64,000 nucleotides of DNA from Tubiluchus corallicola (taxonomy: Eukaryota > Animalia > Priapulida): the NCBI GenBank assembly GCA_030141605.1, contig JAQGDQ010000078.1, positions 186,001-250,000 of the forward strand, written 5' to 3'. Below, piece after piece: positions 63,006 to 64,000 of this stretch. Position numbers and translations under genes: made by a program. The notes below the pieces were generated by a model. The model was not told the DNA's origin, did no database searches, and was given only the letters and a program-made list of their open reading frames with translations. Position 1 is the stretch's first letter. Each line of letters opens with the position of its first letter.

Positions 63006-63765
63006 GTCAACATGACAGAGTAGGTCTGAGATTGTAGCTCACAGTCGAACAGCCCATCCATACCCGTGAAAGTAGGGGAATACTTATGGTATCAGTGCTT
63101 TCCCAAATTAGCTGGCAACTAACAGTATCATTAATATGACTATGACTGCACCTTTTTTTAAGTTTAATAAGTTTTGTATTGAACTCAACTAATATGGACA
63201 CTATGGATAGCTCTTTTTTTCCACTGCCTGTGATCTGCTGTAAAACATCTTGTTTTTTTTATTTCGTCTTCATGTTACATTAACTCTAACATTTTATCCA
63301 TCCAGTTGATCTGCGTTTTTGTGATTTATGTATAATGCACTAGTACAGCTTAATCAAAGTCATTATTGTGTTTTTCCGAAGCTGATTACAGAGAACAGTG
63401 ACGTGTAAAAGTCTAGATTTACAAAGCAGTATAAATCACTGAGCGTAATTGCATTTTGCGCGTCAACAGCACGTGCTACAAATTATAATATAATCCATAA
63501 ACTGCAGAATTTAATTGACCATCTGTCTACAGTTATATTTCTATACTTGCTATTGCTTGTAATGATAGTTTCCAGGAAGAATTACTGTGAAAATCATTAA
63601 TTAGCTGAAGCAGTGTGATTTTTAAACTGAATATGATTTTAATTTTTGTGCGTGCTTGAATGTTTATATGTTCCTTGCTAGTTTGTAAAGTGTTTTCTAA
63701 ATAACTGAAAGTAATGCCTGTGCATTACTGTTACTCAAAGAAACCACTTTTAAAAAACCATGTAG

Positions 63766-63901
63766 AAAATTTTAGAAGGAGTTTACAATACCCACACAGT
63801 TTAAATGCCCTACCCGTATCTCTAACACTAACCCTAACCCTATTCTGCTTCACAAACTAATTTCTAGTGTGTGGGGAATTGTGAACTTTTACCAAAATTT
63901 T
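63766..63901. repeat. Small fold-back element with internal telomere-like (CCCTAA) units
   Basis: Arm aaaattttagaaggagtttacaatacccacac pairs imperfectly with the reverse complement of 63869-63901 (aaaattttggtaaaagttcacaattccccacac); the loop has ctaacactaaccctaaccct. Confidence 0.65.
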
Positions 63902-64000
63902 GAATTTGACTTTTTAGATAACATCAAGATTCAAGATTCAGTATAAAAGCAAAAATAATGAATAGATTCTTAATTTCTGTATAAAGTTTTTGAAGTAAAC

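Noticed and set aside
63822-63842. True telomere or chromosome-fusion site
   Set aside because: Only about three imperfect CCCTAA units, embedded in a small inverted-repeat element within an intron.

Overview
AT-rich, repeat-littered genomic DNA from a bilaterian invertebrate, probably a lophotrochozoan or similar (inferred from spliceosomal introns, CR1/RTE/Harbinger/P-type elements and a MetaSINE-like SINE). Two host genes are well supported. One is an intronless KCTD8/12/16-family BTB+H1 gene (16211-17038, +). The other is Inturned/INTU, whose first five coding exons (58494-61173, +) splice into one open frame; the gene continues past the window. Bases 1-9.5 kb are a stack of decayed retroelements: two CR1-type LINEs, a BEL/Pao fragment, an RTE tail and a hAT-like MITE. 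The ~41 kb between the two genes has no convincing host exon. It holds the 5' part of a P-element-like transposon with an uninterrupted THAP ORF, tRNA- and 5S-derived SINE relics, LINE 3' ends, micro- and minisatellites, and CpG-retaining unique DNA that looks regulatory. A Harbinger-type MITE sits upstream of the KCTD gene. Most ORFs in the supplied track are spurious (microsatellite, antisense or transposon debris). I see no unambiguous new multi-gene system. The best leads are: (i) the KCTD12-type NFLEQ motif and lack of H2 in the invertebrate KCTD; (ii) a THAP-only, KP-repressor-like P-element derivative closed by a (TA)n-supplied stop; (iii) a 68-74 bp array of constant cores with microsatellite spacers; (iv) several templated-insertion or fold-back scars; (v) a mosaic CpG pattern that predicts the INTU promoter. 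All family assignments and counts were made by eye from remembered motifs, not from database searches.
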